Shown here: in pieces, positions 9,556-19,155 of the stretch
Numbering within the stretch: the stretch's first letter is position 1
Layout of the letters: the number at the start of each line of letters is the position of its first letter
Source of the DNA: Candidatus Margulisiibacteriota bacterium
GTDB lineage: Bacteria; Margulisbacteria; Marinamargulisbacteria; JBFWNS01
Reading direction: 5' to 3'
NCBI GenBank assembly: GCA_050250935.1
Contig: JBFWNS010000004.1
Coordinates: 124,275-188,274 of the forward strand
DNA: 64,000 bases
Made by a program: the position numbers and the translations under genes
The notes under the pieces: model-generated
The model's database searches: none
Told to the model about the DNA's origin: nothing
Seen by the model: the letters and a program-made list of their open reading frames with translations, nothing else

Positions 9556-10824
9556 ATGAATATTTTATTAATCGGCTCCGGCGGCCGTGAACACAGCCTG
9601 GCCCTTGCTTTAACCCAAGATCCGACCGTAACCTTGTACACCGCCCCTGGCAATCCTGGAACGGCGGAAGTAGGTACCAATGTTCCGATTCCAGACACAG
9701 ATTTAAACGCCTTGCTTGCTTTCGCCCAAAACAACGCCATCGATTTAACCATGGTGGGCCCAGAAGGGCCTTTGGTAGCAGGCATTGTGGATCTGTTTAC
9801 CCAAAACGGATTGGCCATCGTGGGACCCGACCGAATCGGCGCCCAATTGGAAGGGTCTAAAGCCTGGGCCAAAGCCCTGATGGCCGAGACTGGGATTCCC
9901 ACAGCTTCCTATGCAACCTTTGCCCGCTACGAGGACGCCAAAGCCTATTGCGACACCCATGCCTATCCCTTGGTCATCAAAGCCGATGGGTTGGCTGCTG
10001 GCAAAGGGGTAACGATTGCCCAAACCGTCTCCGAAGCCGACCACGCCCTTCGGGACTGCTTTTTGAACGATGCCTTTGGCAGTGCCGGCAAAACTGTGGT
10101 AATCGAATCGTTTTTGGTGGGGCAAGAAGCATCGCTGTTGGCATTCTGCGATGGCAAAACCATCTTGCCCATGTTGCCAGCCCAAGACCACAAAGCCATT
10201 TTCGATGGGGATCAAGGCCCCAACACTGGCGGAATGGGTACCTATTGCCCAGCCCCAATCGTCACCCCAGCCGTGATGAAAAAGGTCCAAAAACAGGTGT
10301 TCGACCCCTTGCTAAAGGGATTTGAAACCCGAGGCATTGTCTACAAAGGCATTGTGTACGCCGGATTAATGATTGATCCCCAAGGCAATCCTTGGGTGGT
10401 GGAATTTAACGCTCGTTTTGGCGACCCCGAAACCCAAGTGTTGTTGCCCCTTTTGGAAACACCCTTGGCCACCGTTCTAAACGCAGTTTGGACAGGGACT
10501 CTAGACCAACTTACCCTGCGCTGGAAACCCGCATCGGCCGTCTGTGTGGTATTGGCCTCGTCTGGATATCCTGGGGCCTATCCAAAAGGAAAAATCATCA
10601 CCGGACTGCCCCTCCAAACCCCAAACACCCAAGCCATTCACGCAGGAACTGCGCTTCAAAACGGCACCCTCGTCACCAACGGCGGGCGGGTTTTGGGCAT
10701 TGTGGGCCAAGGCCCTACCCTACAAACCGCCATCGACACCGCCTACCAAGGGGTTCAAGAACTGCAATTTGAAGGCAGCTACCACAGAACAGATATTGGA
10801 AAAAAAGGGTTAAAAACCACATAG
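9556..10824 (+). CDS. purD: Phosphoribosylamine-glycine ligase
   Basis: MNILLIGSGGREH, LEGSK, KADGLAAGKGV, GPNTGGMG, EFNARFGDPE motifs. Confidence 0.98.
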   Translation: MNILLIGSGGREHSLALALTQDPTVTLYTAPGNPGTAEVGTNVPIPDTDLNALLAFAQNNAIDLTMVGPEGPLVAGIVDLFTQNGLAIVGPDRIGAQLEGSKAWAKALMAETGIPTASYATFARYEDAKAYCDTHAYPLVIKADGLAAGKGVTIAQTVSEADHALRDCFLNDAFGSAGKTVVIESFLVGQEASLLAFCDGKTILPMLPAQDHKAIFDGDQGPNTGGMGTYCPAPIVTPAVMKKVQKQVFDPLLKGFETRGIVYKGIVYAGLMIDPQGNPWVVEFNARFGDPETQVLLPLLETPLATVLNAVWTGTLDQLTLRWKPASAVCVVLASSGYPGAYPKGKIITGLPLQTPNTQAIHAGTALQNGTLVTNGGRVLGIVGQGPTLQTAIDTAYQGVQELQFEGSYHRTDIGKKGLKTT

Positions 10825-11000
10825 AAAAAAAATAAAGGTGGGGGTCCCTTGAACGGTAAAAGGATAGACCAAGGGTCAAAAAGAAGGTAGCCTGAGAAGT
10901 GTTAAGGCAGTAAAAAAGCAGTAAAACCAATGAAGTGTAAGGGTTCCCCCCCCTTGCACCTTCTCTTACCCGCATCAGGCAAAGGTTAAACATCCAAAAT

Positions 11001-11945
11001 ATGATTTTAGCAATTGACATTGGTGGCACCAAAACGGCTTTTGGTATTTTCGAAGCTAAAAATCCGGAGCATCCACCTTGTTTTGAAGGCAAACTGCCCA
11101 CAAAAAAAGGACTTAAGGGCGTTCAAGAAACCCTTCAAACCATTCAAAACACCTGTACCCAGAACGGCTATTCCATCGAACGGGTCGGCATCGGGTGTCC
11201 TGGCCGTATGGTTGGATACCCGAATCCCATCCTCTCTCCTGGCTCGGCCAAACAATTGGAAAGCCACCCCGACGAATGGGCCAATTTGGCTGTACAACCC
11301 TTTTTTGAGTCCTGTTTTCCCGAAAAACCGGTGGTGGTGCTAAACGACGGGGTCACCCAATGGGTGGGCGGCTGGGTGATGGCTGGAAAACCCCAAGGAA
11401 AATGGGGCTATTTTGGCATTGGAACCGGCCTGGGTGGGGCTTTTGGAACCTTCGATGCCACCGGCATTCACAGCCGAACCGATGGACACATCTTCGACAT
11501 CAAGCTCGAAAAAGGGCTGGGTGCAGAAGCCATTTTGTCGGGGAAAGGGTTTCAAACCCTGGTGGGCATCGAAGCCAAAACCCTGAACGAACACCCAGAA
11601 AAAATCCCCCACTATACCCCCCAACTCACCCAATTTTGCGGCTATTTGGTAAAACTGTTAACCCAGCTTTACGCAGGAACCCACAGCAAAACCACCCACC
11701 AGCGGGAATGGCCCCAAACCGACAAAGATTTTGTAAAAGGAATCGATCACTATTTTTGGGGTGGGAGCCTGGGCACCAAAGGCGCACTGGGAACCACCCT
11801 TCAAACCATCACCCAAGCGCTGCTCGAAGGGCAAAACGAGCACTTCAAACTGGTGCCCATCACAAACCCCGAACGTGCGGCTTTGGTGGGCGCCGCCATC
11901 GCAAGCCTGGGCGCTGTGGACCTTACAGCATCTTCCCTAGCATAA
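11001..11945 (+). CDS. ROK family sugar kinase-like protein
   Basis: AIDIGGTK, VGIGCPG, LNDG, GIGTGLGGA, AALVGAA motifs. Confidence 0.85.
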   Translation: MILAIDIGGTKTAFGIFEAKNPEHPPCFEGKLPTKKGLKGVQETLQTIQNTCTQNGYSIERVGIGCPGRMVGYPNPILSPGSAKQLESHPDEWANLAVQPFFESCFPEKPVVVLNDGVTQWVGGWVMAGKPQGKWGYFGIGTGLGGAFGTFDATGIHSRTDGHIFDIKLEKGLGAEAILSGKGFQTLVGIEAKTLNEHPEKIPHYTPQLTQFCGYLVKLLTQLYAGTHSKTTHQREWPQTDKDFVKGIDHYFWGGSLGTKGALGTTLQTITQALLEGQNEHFKLVPITNPERAALVGAAIASLGAVDLTASSLA

Positions 11946-12450
11946 ACAACGACACCAATACCATGGCCACTTGAACCAACCAGCCCACCAAGCACACCAA
12001 AATGGCCCGTGCAGTTCCTTTGTAGTCCAGGGCTTGGCGAACGGCAATCACCATGGCCACCAACATCCACACCGACACCACCGCAAACAACATCTGATTT
12101 AGAAACCCGGTCAAAACCAGGCCAAAAACACGTAAAATCCCAGGGGCACTGGCAAAGCCAACGGTTCGCAATAATTCCCCAAGATCGGACTTGGTTTGGG
12201 GTTCGGGCAACAGTTTTGTACCAATAAAACTGGTTAACCCTGCCCACACAAACCAGGCCAACAAATTCACCCCAATATTGGTTAAAATGCCCAAAAGACT
12301 CCGGGCTTCTGCCCCAATCCCACCCGCAATGGCAGCCAAAACAACCACCAGTAAGGCTTGGGCAGTTGCTTTTTTATCGGCCTCTACTGCTTCGAACAAA
12401 GACACATCCAAACGCATGGCACGGCCAATGCGGGAAACAAATTGGGTCAT
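11923..12450 (-). CDS. YIP1-family membrane protein
   Basis: About 5 TM segments, FEAVEAD and RTVGFASAP motifs; ATG at 12450 with GGAG RBS. Confidence 0.75.
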   Translation of the reverse strand: MTQFVSRIGRAMRLDVSLFEAVEADKKATAQALLVVVLAAIAGGIGAEARSLLGILTNIGVNLLAWFVWAGLTSFIGTKLLPEPQTKSDLGELLRTVGFASAPGILRVFGLVLTGFLNQMLFAVVSVWMLVAMVIAVRQALDYKGTARAILVCLVGWLVQVAMVLVSLFMLGKML

Positions 12451-12467
12451 GGCATTCTCCAAAAAAG

Positions 12468-14177
12468 TTAGATGCCTTTAAATTTAGCGGTTATGTAAGG
12501 ACGAAGCAAGTCATGAAGCTGGGTCTTGAGGGCTGGAGAGTTCCAGATTGTATCTGGCCAAGCTTGTATGGTGTCTATAATGGACCCCGAAACATCAGAT
12601 TCTAGCCCAAGATTGCCCACCATCGAACACAACGTATGTTTCATCGTAGAAAAATCCGCGACCTTTCTCGTGATAAAAGAGGTACAAATGGCCGCAAGAT
12701 CTTGATTTAAAACAGTAAAAAATGATTGTGGGTCTCCATTGGAATAGACTCTAGCCAGATCGAATAGCGGTTTCATTGCAGGGAACGTCGACATAGCAAG
12801 TTCGTAGGGATTTTGGCGAATGTCTGTCCGATCTAAAGCCCCCAAACACCGATCCAAATTGGATCTAATTTGGACAATTTTTGGATCCGACAAACATCCC
12901 TCCAAACAATCCAGCGCCATCGTCCATTCTGTTTTCAACCACTGAACCACCTCAGGTTCTAAATCTTCATTAGCCTGCGGAAGCGCCAATAACAAAGTGT
13001 TTAAGCCCAGCATCAACGAAGCTTCATTAGCATTATTCACATTCCAATAAAGATCTGGAGTACCCGGTAAAACACATTTATGGTCAAACCCACCCAAAGC
13101 CATAACAGAAGGGGAATCAGCCACTTGTACAATCGGTGAAGCACAATCATCAAAATCTAAATCATCGCCAGACGATAAAGGAGGCTCAGGAGGTCTTAAA
13201 AAATCCAGTACCGTTTGTAGCGGAGGAACAAGAGCCTTTTTATCAGGATTCATCACCACAATATAGTTTTGTTGATGGCCATCAAAGGCCTGTAACATAA
13301 TCGCCATCATCGTCATTTTTTGAACCCAGACTTTATCCAAATCCTTTAGGCCCAAAGCCTTTTCCCCCAAAGCCCTTCGCTTATTAAATTCGTAAAAAAG
13401 GGACCCTTCCAATCGATGTTGAACCAATAATTTTACTTTCACACGTTCAGATGACTGAATATCCAATTCAGAGGGCTTAACGGCACGATTAATAACAATC
13501 GAAGGTGCAATCAATCCTTCCAAACCCAATAGCGAAGCCATTAGCATCACTATTTTTTCATGATGAAAATCACCCGATTTAATCACAACCGGCAAGCTTT
13601 TTTCGCCGACACCAAATGTTTGATATAAGGCAGGCTGCTGCGTATTCGAAGAACGTTGCATTTGGGTCCAATAACCCGACTCCAAACCCGTACTATGTAC
13701 AGAAGACGCCAACCGACATTCCGATTCCTCTATTCCAACAACAAACGAAGCGCAAGGCTCATCATCATCATCTGATATAGAAGAATCAGTTTCATCTGAA
13801 TTATTGTCAGAATCAAATTTTTCCTTTAGCGCTTTAACCAACTTATCTCCAATCAAATCTTGGTAAGCACCATCAAACAAAATACATTTAGCCATCATCC
13901 AACGAAGGAGTTTTTGACCCAGTTGTCGGTCTTCATTTCCAACTTGAGCTTTTGAAAAGGCGGACTCGGCAGCCTTAATTTCCCGGAGCAAGCGGTCAGG
14001 TTTTACATCACCTTTGTCCCCATATTCTGTAGAAATCTTGCGAGCAAGTTCTTGAAGTTTCCCTAGCGGGGTATCGGCCAAAGGAGTCGCAAGAGGCATA
14101 AAAGGAGACTCAACACCCATCTCAAACCCGGGAGGCAACCGAAAACAAGCACCAAGCACCTTAAACAAACATCTCAT
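12468..14177 (-). CDS. PI3/PI4-kinase-like protein (type II / PI4K-gamma-like), effector candidate
   Basis: VVIKS..HHE, APS, LLVQ, catalytic DGHQQN, FDHKCVLP and LPQANEDL resemble PI4K-gamma DRHAGN/IDHGxCLP/WPQA; acidic Ser-rich linker. Confidence 0.65.
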   Translation of the reverse strand: MRCLFKVLGACFRLPPGFEMGVESPFMPLATPLADTPLGKLQELARKISTEYGDKGDVKPDRLLREIKAAESAFSKAQVGNEDRQLGQKLLRWMMAKCILFDGAYQDLIGDKLVKALKEKFDSDNNSDETDSSISDDDDEPCASFVVGIEESECRLASSVHSTGLESGYWTQMQRSSNTQQPALYQTFGVGEKSLPVVIKSGDFHHEKIVMLMASLLGLEGLIAPSIVINRAVKPSELDIQSSERVKVKLLVQHRLEGSLFYEFNKRRALGEKALGLKDLDKVWVQKMTMMAIMLQAFDGHQQNYIVVMNPDKKALVPPLQTVLDFLRPPEPPLSSGDDLDFDDCASPIVQVADSPSVMALGGFDHKCVLPGTPDLYWNVNNANEASLMLGLNTLLLALPQANEDLEPEVVQWLKTEWTMALDCLEGCLSDPKIVQIRSNLDRCLGALDRTDIRQNPYELAMSTFPAMKPLFDLARVYSNGDPQSFFTVLNQDLAAICTSFITRKVADFSTMKHTLCSMVGNLGLESDVSGSIIDTIQAWPDTIWNSPALKTQLHDLLRPYITAKFKGI

Positions 14178-14212
14178 CCATTTTTCCTATAACTAAAAAA
14201 CATATTGTTTAG

Positions 14213-14239
14213 TTATCGAAAAAAAACCAAAAAATTTCA
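14213..14239 (-). promoter_or_regulatory. Sigma28-like promoter motif TGAAAT-N15-CGATAA
   Basis: Upstream of the PI4K-like gene; one of nine copies. Confidence 0.65.
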
Positions 14240-14246
14240 GATTATT

Positions 14247-15026
14247 TTAAGCGTCCATACACCGATGTTGAAATTGAAAACCCAACACTTTTTTAAACTT
14301 AAAATTATCAATAATTTTACATAAATTTTCAGTATCTTCGAACCGAGGCATGGGCAGGCCCAATCGCCTAATTTGGGCGCTATATAACGCGACTTTTGTG
14401 GGATGTTCGTCCTCAACCACGTTCAAAATTCCCTGGACATCCGAACGCAGAACCACAGCAGCAATGGCCCTGGCTGCATCGTCTTGGTGCACCAAATTAA
14501 CCGGATGATTGGCATTTTCAACGTGGGATTTTTGGGCCAGAGATTTTCCAATCACCCGATCGGCGCCATAAAGCCCCCCCAAGCGCAGCAGCACCCCACC
14601 AGGGCGAGCCAACACCATCGATTCGGCGGCCAACAAGGCTTTTTGCCGATCCGAAACGGGATCAATGGGTGTTGATTCCGAAACCGTACCCACACACCCC
14701 GCATAGGCCAAGGTCGAACTGGTCAAGATCACCCGGGTCTCGGGCAAAAGGGCCGCCAAGACCGCTTGGATCCAATCGACATAGCGGAAGGGATCCACTA
14801 GGTTTCGCCGAAACGGCACCGTGATCACACAGGCATCCCAGACGCCATCAACCGCGGCTTCAGAAGTTCCCGTCAAATCGAGTAAACGAGGTTCAACACC
14901 AGCGGCCTCCAGAGCCTTGAACCGTTCGGGTCGCGTGGTGGTTCCAACAACCCGATGGCCAGCCGCCACCACAAGCCGGGCTGCTGGCAATCCCAGCCAC
15001 CCGCACCCCACAAACAACACCGTCAC
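14247..15026 (-). CDS. NAD(P)-dependent epimerase/dehydratase (YeeZ-like atypical SDR)
   Basis: GCGWLG Rossmann motif, TSST, LRLGGLYG, NLVHQDD. Confidence 0.88.
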   Translation of the reverse strand: MTVLFVGCGWLGLPAARLVVAAGHRVVGTTTRPERFKALEAAGVEPRLLDLTGTSEAAVDGVWDACVITVPFRRNLVDPFRYVDWIQAVLAALLPETRVILTSSTLAYAGCVGTVSESTPIDPVSDRQKALLAAESMVLARPGGVLLRLGGLYGADRVIGKSLAQKSHVENANHPVNLVHQDDAARAIAAVVLRSDVQGILNVVEDEHPTKVALYSAQIRRLGLPMPRFEDTENLCKIIDNFKFKKVLGFQFQHRCMDA

Positions 15027-15382
15027 GACAACAAAGACAAAGCCACAGCCTTCATTTGGGCCAAAACAGCTTCGTGCTGTCCAATCGGCGGAATCTGTTC
15101 AATGTTAAAATCGGGATAACGATCTCGCACTTCTTGCACCAACACCGGAATATCGTGGTCCACATGCCCACCACCAGCCATAAAAAAGGGCAACACGGTG
15201 GCACTGCGCTTGCCAGCATTATAGGCCTCGGTGGCCACGTCCATCAGGGTTGGGGAAACAATTTCCATAAAACAAAGCCGAACCGCATCCGAACTTGCGC
15301 TTAAAGCCAAATCGTCCACAAACCGTCGAAACGGCTCGCACCATTTGGGGTCTCGGCTGCCATGTACAATAATAAAAAGCAT
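15023..15382 (-). CDS. CbiX/SirB-family chelatase (single domain)
   Basis: HGSRD, FMEI..P, PFFMAGGGHVDHDIP. Confidence 0.88.
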   Translation of the reverse strand: MLFIIVHGSRDPKWCEPFRRFVDDLALSASSDAVRLCFMEIVSPTLMDVATEAYNAGKRSATVLPFFMAGGGHVDHDIPVLVQEVRDRYPDFNIEQIPPIGQHEAVLAQMKAVALSLLS

Positions 15383-15460
15383 GGGGATACCCTAGCAAAG
15401 ATTTTGGGGTTTTTGTAGAGAGATAAAATTGCACCACTTTTGTGATAAAATCACCCCACC

Positions 15461-16066
15461 ATGCTCTCTAAACCCCTACTCAGCTGGATAACCAGCGCAG
15501 CAACATTTGCCGCTTTTTTGCCCTACATCTTGTCCATTTTGAAAGGCGAGACCAAACCTAGGGTCGTTTCGTGGATCATTTGGAGCATCAGCACCCTGAT
15601 GGTCTTTGCAGGCCAATGGGCCGATGGTGGGGGTGTCGGTGCCTGGCCAACAGGGCTTTCTGGACTGATTACCCTGGGCATTGTGGGCTTGGCCTATGCC
15701 AAACAAGGCAGCCTCGAAACCACGCGCCTAGACAAGGCCTGCTTTGCGATTGCAATCCTGGGGGTTTTGGCCTGGTTTTGGACCCGAACACCACTCTGGA
15801 CCGTCCTGTTAATGACCAGCATCGATTTGGTGGGCTTTATTCCCACCTTCAGGCACGCCTATCACCATCCCCACGACGAGAACATCACGTTCTATATGCT
15901 GATGTTTATGCGGAACCTCTTGGGCATTCCTGCCCTCGAACACTATTCCCTAACCACCCTGGTTTTCCCCATCGCCATGAACATCGCCATGGCCATTTTG
16001 GTTCCGATGGTGATGATTAAACGGAAAGTACGTGTGGATTTTCCAAACCCAGCAACCGACGCTTAA
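15461..16066 (+). CDS. Conserved multi-pass membrane protein
   Basis: About 7 hydrophobic helices, PYILSILKGETKP..SWIIW. Confidence 0.7.
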   Translation: MLSKPLLSWITSAATFAAFLPYILSILKGETKPRVVSWIIWSISTLMVFAGQWADGGGVGAWPTGLSGLITLGIVGLAYAKQGSLETTRLDKACFAIAILGVLAWFWTRTPLWTVLLMTSIDLVGFIPTFRHAYHHPHDENITFYMLMFMRNLLGIPALEHYSLTTLVFPIAMNIAMAILVPMVMIKRKVRVDFPNPATDA

Positions 16067-16508
16067 ACGCCAGCCCACCCGAGTACCCACCAAGTCCGCC
16101 ATCGGCTGCAATCACCCGGTGGCAGGGCACCACAATGCACAAGGGATTTTTACCATTGGCCGACCCTACCGCCCGAACCGCTCTGGGGTTGTTAATTCGC
16201 GTGGCAATGTCTTTGTACGAACAGGTGGTGCCAAAAGGAATCTCGGATAACGCTTGCCAGACTTGATTTTGAAACCGTGTTCCGGCCCGATCCAAAGGCA
16301 AGTCGAAAGTGCGTCGTTCTCCCCGAAAATAAGCCGTCAATTGGTCGGCGGCTTTGGCCAAAATTTGAAGTTGCAGATCTGGGCCGTTTAAATCGGCAAC
16401 GAAGGGAAAGGGTTGCGGGCTTAACGCCACGTGGGTCAGGCCTTTTTTAGAGGCAACCAGATAGATTTCGCCAAAATCAGCGTTCAATTTCCATTGTAAT
16501 AAAGACAT
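16017..16508 (-). CDS. ogt: Methylated-DNA-protein-cysteine methyltransferase
   Basis: [20 protein letters not shown]. Confidence 0.95.
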   Translation of the reverse strand: MSLLQWKLNADFGEIYLVASKKGLTHVALSPQPFPFVADLNGPDLQLQILAKAADQLTAYFRGERRTFDLPLDRAGTRFQNQVWQALSEIPFGTTCSYKDIATRINNPRAVRAVGSANGKNPLCIVVPCHRVIAADGGLGGYSGGLAFKRRLLGLENPHVLSV

Positions 16509-16541
16509 CCCTTATTCCTCCAACCCTGGTATACTTTTGGC

Positions 16542-17060
16542 ATGAAAACCATCTTTAATCTAGCACTGTTTACCCTGATACTTCTAGGAGGCCTGACCAT
16601 GACCGATACCTTTGCTGCCCCATTCCAAAAGCCCAATGACGCGACGCTTAAACAAAAACTCTCGCCCATGCAATACAATGTGACCCAACACGAGGCCACA
16701 GAACCCCCCTATAACAATGCCTTCTGGGACAATCACAAAGCAGGCTTGTACGTAGACATCGTATCTGGAGAACCACTTTTCAGCTCCAAAGACAAATTCG
16801 ACTCGGGTTGCGGTTGGCCCAGTTTTACCAAACCCGTGACCAAAGACACCGTCACCGAAAAAGACGACTACAAAATCGGCATGCATCGAACCGAAGTCCG
16901 CAGCAAAAAAGCCAATTCCCATTTGGGGCACGTTTTTGAAGACGGCCCTACCGACAAAGGCGGATTACGCTATTGCATCAATTCCGCGGCCCTTCGCTTT
17001 ATTCCGGTTGAAGACCTGGAAAAAGAAGGCTACGGAAAGTACAAAGGGATTTTTAAGTAA
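16542..17060 (+). CDS. msrB: Peptide-methionine (R)-S-oxide reductase with probable signal peptide
   Basis: [27 protein letters not shown]; hydrophobic N-terminus (alternative ATG at 16599 with AGGAGG). Confidence 0.95.
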   Translation: MKTIFNLALFTLILLGGLTMTDTFAAPFQKPNDATLKQKLSPMQYNVTQHEATEPPYNNAFWDNHKAGLYVDIVSGEPLFSSKDKFDSGCGWPSFTKPVTKDTVTEKDDYKIGMHRTEVRSKKANSHLGHVFEDGPTDKGGLRYCINSAALRFIPVEDLEKEGYGKYKGIFK

Positions 17061-17164
17061 AACCTTTTACAAAAAAATTCTTATACCTAAGTTACTTTGA
17101 CCAAACTTAACTTGGCACATACAATAAAATTTCAATATTCATCTTCTTACCCCAAGGACACACT

Positions 17165-18658
17165 ATGCCCCTACATCGGTTTGTTGCTTTGGCCTGCACT
17201 TTCACGGATTCGCCCACTCACTTTAGACAACAAGAAACCCAACAGCTCAACGCGCTTATCGCCAAACTGAGTTCTAACCTCCGAGACGGAACCTCTTTTT
17301 CTGCCCTTCTAAAAAACTTTGAAGTTCCAACAAATCCACTTTCCATTCACTACAAATTTTTTGTTTTACTTCAGGCCTTGGCAAAACTCGAACAAGACCC
17401 AAGTAACCGAGAACATCGGCGAGAAGCCAAATTAGCGCTGATTCGTTTGTTCCCCAAAGCCGAACTCCACACCCATTTTGATGGCGCCTGCCGCATGGAT
17501 GATGTGTTGGCTGAGTATAAACGACAAGCAATAGAGCCGGATGAAAAATATCTTGCCAAGTACAGCACCTTTGCTGCCAAAACCCATGAACACGAACTGC
17601 ACGATACAGTTGTCAAAACATTTGATGAGGTTTTTCCTGCCTTTTTGGGATGGTTTGAGTTTAACTTAAAGGTGATGCAAACCAGAGAGGGAATTATCAC
17701 CCTTGCCAAAGGGTTTATAAAACAGGCCCGCGAAGAAGGGATTGACCACCTTGAAGTTCGATTTGCCCCTTGTTTGCACCAAATCCAAGGACTTGGCTAT
17801 GACGAGATTATGGACGCCATGACAGAAGGCCTTTTACAAGGTCGGGAGGCCTATGGTGTGGAGGTTTCGTTGATCGCGGGCATTTACCGCAATAAGCTAG
17901 ACGAGTACCCCAACCACGAAAACGATACCGTGGATGCCGTTCTGAATGCCGCCCAACGACATGCGGGAAAACCCGTACATTTTGCTTTGGATGTGGTGGG
18001 CTACGAACCGCCAAACCCTTTATCCGATAGACGCATTAACGAGGCTCTTCAGCGTTATGTCACGGAACGTTCGACTCGTGATTTACAAGCCAACACCGCC
18101 TTAACCCTTCATGTGGGTGAAGGTCCGGGGTGCGAACAAAACATCGACCTCGCTTTGGATTTTGCCGAAGCTATGGGCAATCAACAGATTCGGTTTGGAC
18201 ACGCCAACCACGCCACTTCAGTCCAACTTGCCGCTATTGAACAAAGACAGATTCCCATTGAATCTTGTCCAAACAGCAACGTTCTTTTGTGTTGCGAACC
18301 CACTCAACCTACCCTAGCCGATCAACCTTTTTATGCTTGGGTGCTGCAAAACCCCAGCCTTAAAGTGAGCCTCAGCACCGACGATAGCGCTGCTTTGGGC
18401 GAACAAGAATTATCTGAAATCATCCTAGAGTTAAGCGAAGACTCCCGGTTGCCCGTGGTGAAAGAAGGTCAATTAAATCCTGATTGGGCTCGGGTGTTAA
18501 CCGCTGGGGTAGCGGGCGGATTTTTGAGTGACTCCAATAAAGCGAAGCTTTTGGCCGATCAGGCCCAACGGATGGCAGCACTTGATCCGTTGATCGCGCT
18601 GATTGCGGGACGACTCTCGCTGGAGCCCATCCCGCAACCAACCGCTACAGTCGCCTAG
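17165..18658 (+). CDS. Adenosine deaminase-family protein with ~90-aa N-terminal extension
   Basis: PKAELHTHFDG, LEVRFAP, LHVGEG, RFGH, ESCPNSN, STDD: metal and catalytic residues present. Confidence 0.85.
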   Translation: MPLHRFVALACTFTDSPTHFRQQETQQLNALIAKLSSNLRDGTSFSALLKNFEVPTNPLSIHYKFFVLLQALAKLEQDPSNREHRREAKLALIRLFPKAELHTHFDGACRMDDVLAEYKRQAIEPDEKYLAKYSTFAAKTHEHELHDTVVKTFDEVFPAFLGWFEFNLKVMQTREGIITLAKGFIKQAREEGIDHLEVRFAPCLHQIQGLGYDEIMDAMTEGLLQGREAYGVEVSLIAGIYRNKLDEYPNHENDTVDAVLNAAQRHAGKPVHFALDVVGYEPPNPLSDRRINEALQRYVTERSTRDLQANTALTLHVGEGPGCEQNIDLALDFAEAMGNQQIRFGHANHATSVQLAAIEQRQIPIESCPNSNVLLCCEPTQPTLADQPFYAWVLQNPSLKVSLSTDDSAALGEQELSEIILELSEDSRLPVVKEGQLNPDWARVLTAGVAGGFLSDSNKAKLLADQAQRMAALDPLIALIAGRLSLEPIPQPTATVA

Positions 18659-19059
18659 CCTTTGTTACGAAACGGAATGCAAGCAAAAAGGGGTTTGTAC
18701 ACATCCAGGTGAGCATACGCGGCGATGGCTTGGAACAATACCATCACACCAGGCATGACCAAATTGTTAAGGCCTGGGGTCATAAACACATGGAAAAGTA
18801 CGATATTCAAGGTCACAGGGGCCAAAATAATCAACCCCAGTGGCGCGGCAATGCCGGTTAAGATCATCAAACCACCCAACACTTGGGTACTGGCCAACAG
18901 TGGGAAGAAATAGCGTGTCACCATCATCCCTTCAAAAAATTTAGCAGTGGCTTCGGGCAAAGGGGGCATTGGCAAAAAATGCAAAAGGCCATTCAAGCCA
19001 AAAAACACATAAATCGCACCCAACAACACACGGCTAACAAGGGCTAGCTTGTTTAACAT
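18655..19059 (-). CDS. DoxX family membrane protein
   Basis: RVLLGAIYVFFGLNG, LAPVTLNIVLFH. Confidence 0.8.
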   Translation of the reverse strand: MLNKLALVSRVLLGAIYVFFGLNGLLHFLPMPPLPEATAKFFEGMMVTRYFFPLLASTQVLGGLMILTGIAAPLGLIILAPVTLNIVLFHVFMTPGLNNLVMPGVMVLFQAIAAYAHLDVYKPLFACIPFRNKG

Positions 19060-19113
19060 ACACGCACTCCTTTATAGGAAAAAATTTGGAATGGGCCCAG
19101 TATAGCGATTGGG

Positions 19114-19141
19114 TGCAATTTTTGAAACACCTGCCCGATAA
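19114..19141 (+). promoter_or_regulatory. Sigma28-like promoter motif TGCAAT-N16-CGATAA
   Basis: Ends 14 nt before the PP2C ATG at 19156. Confidence 0.7.
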
Positions 19142-19155
19142 TCCTAATAATCCCT

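Noticed and set aside
14247..14340. AT-rich 3' end of the YeeZ-like gene as a replaced end from cassette insertion
   Set aside because: Composition shift judged by eye only; no duplicated copy found on the other side of the PI4K-like gene
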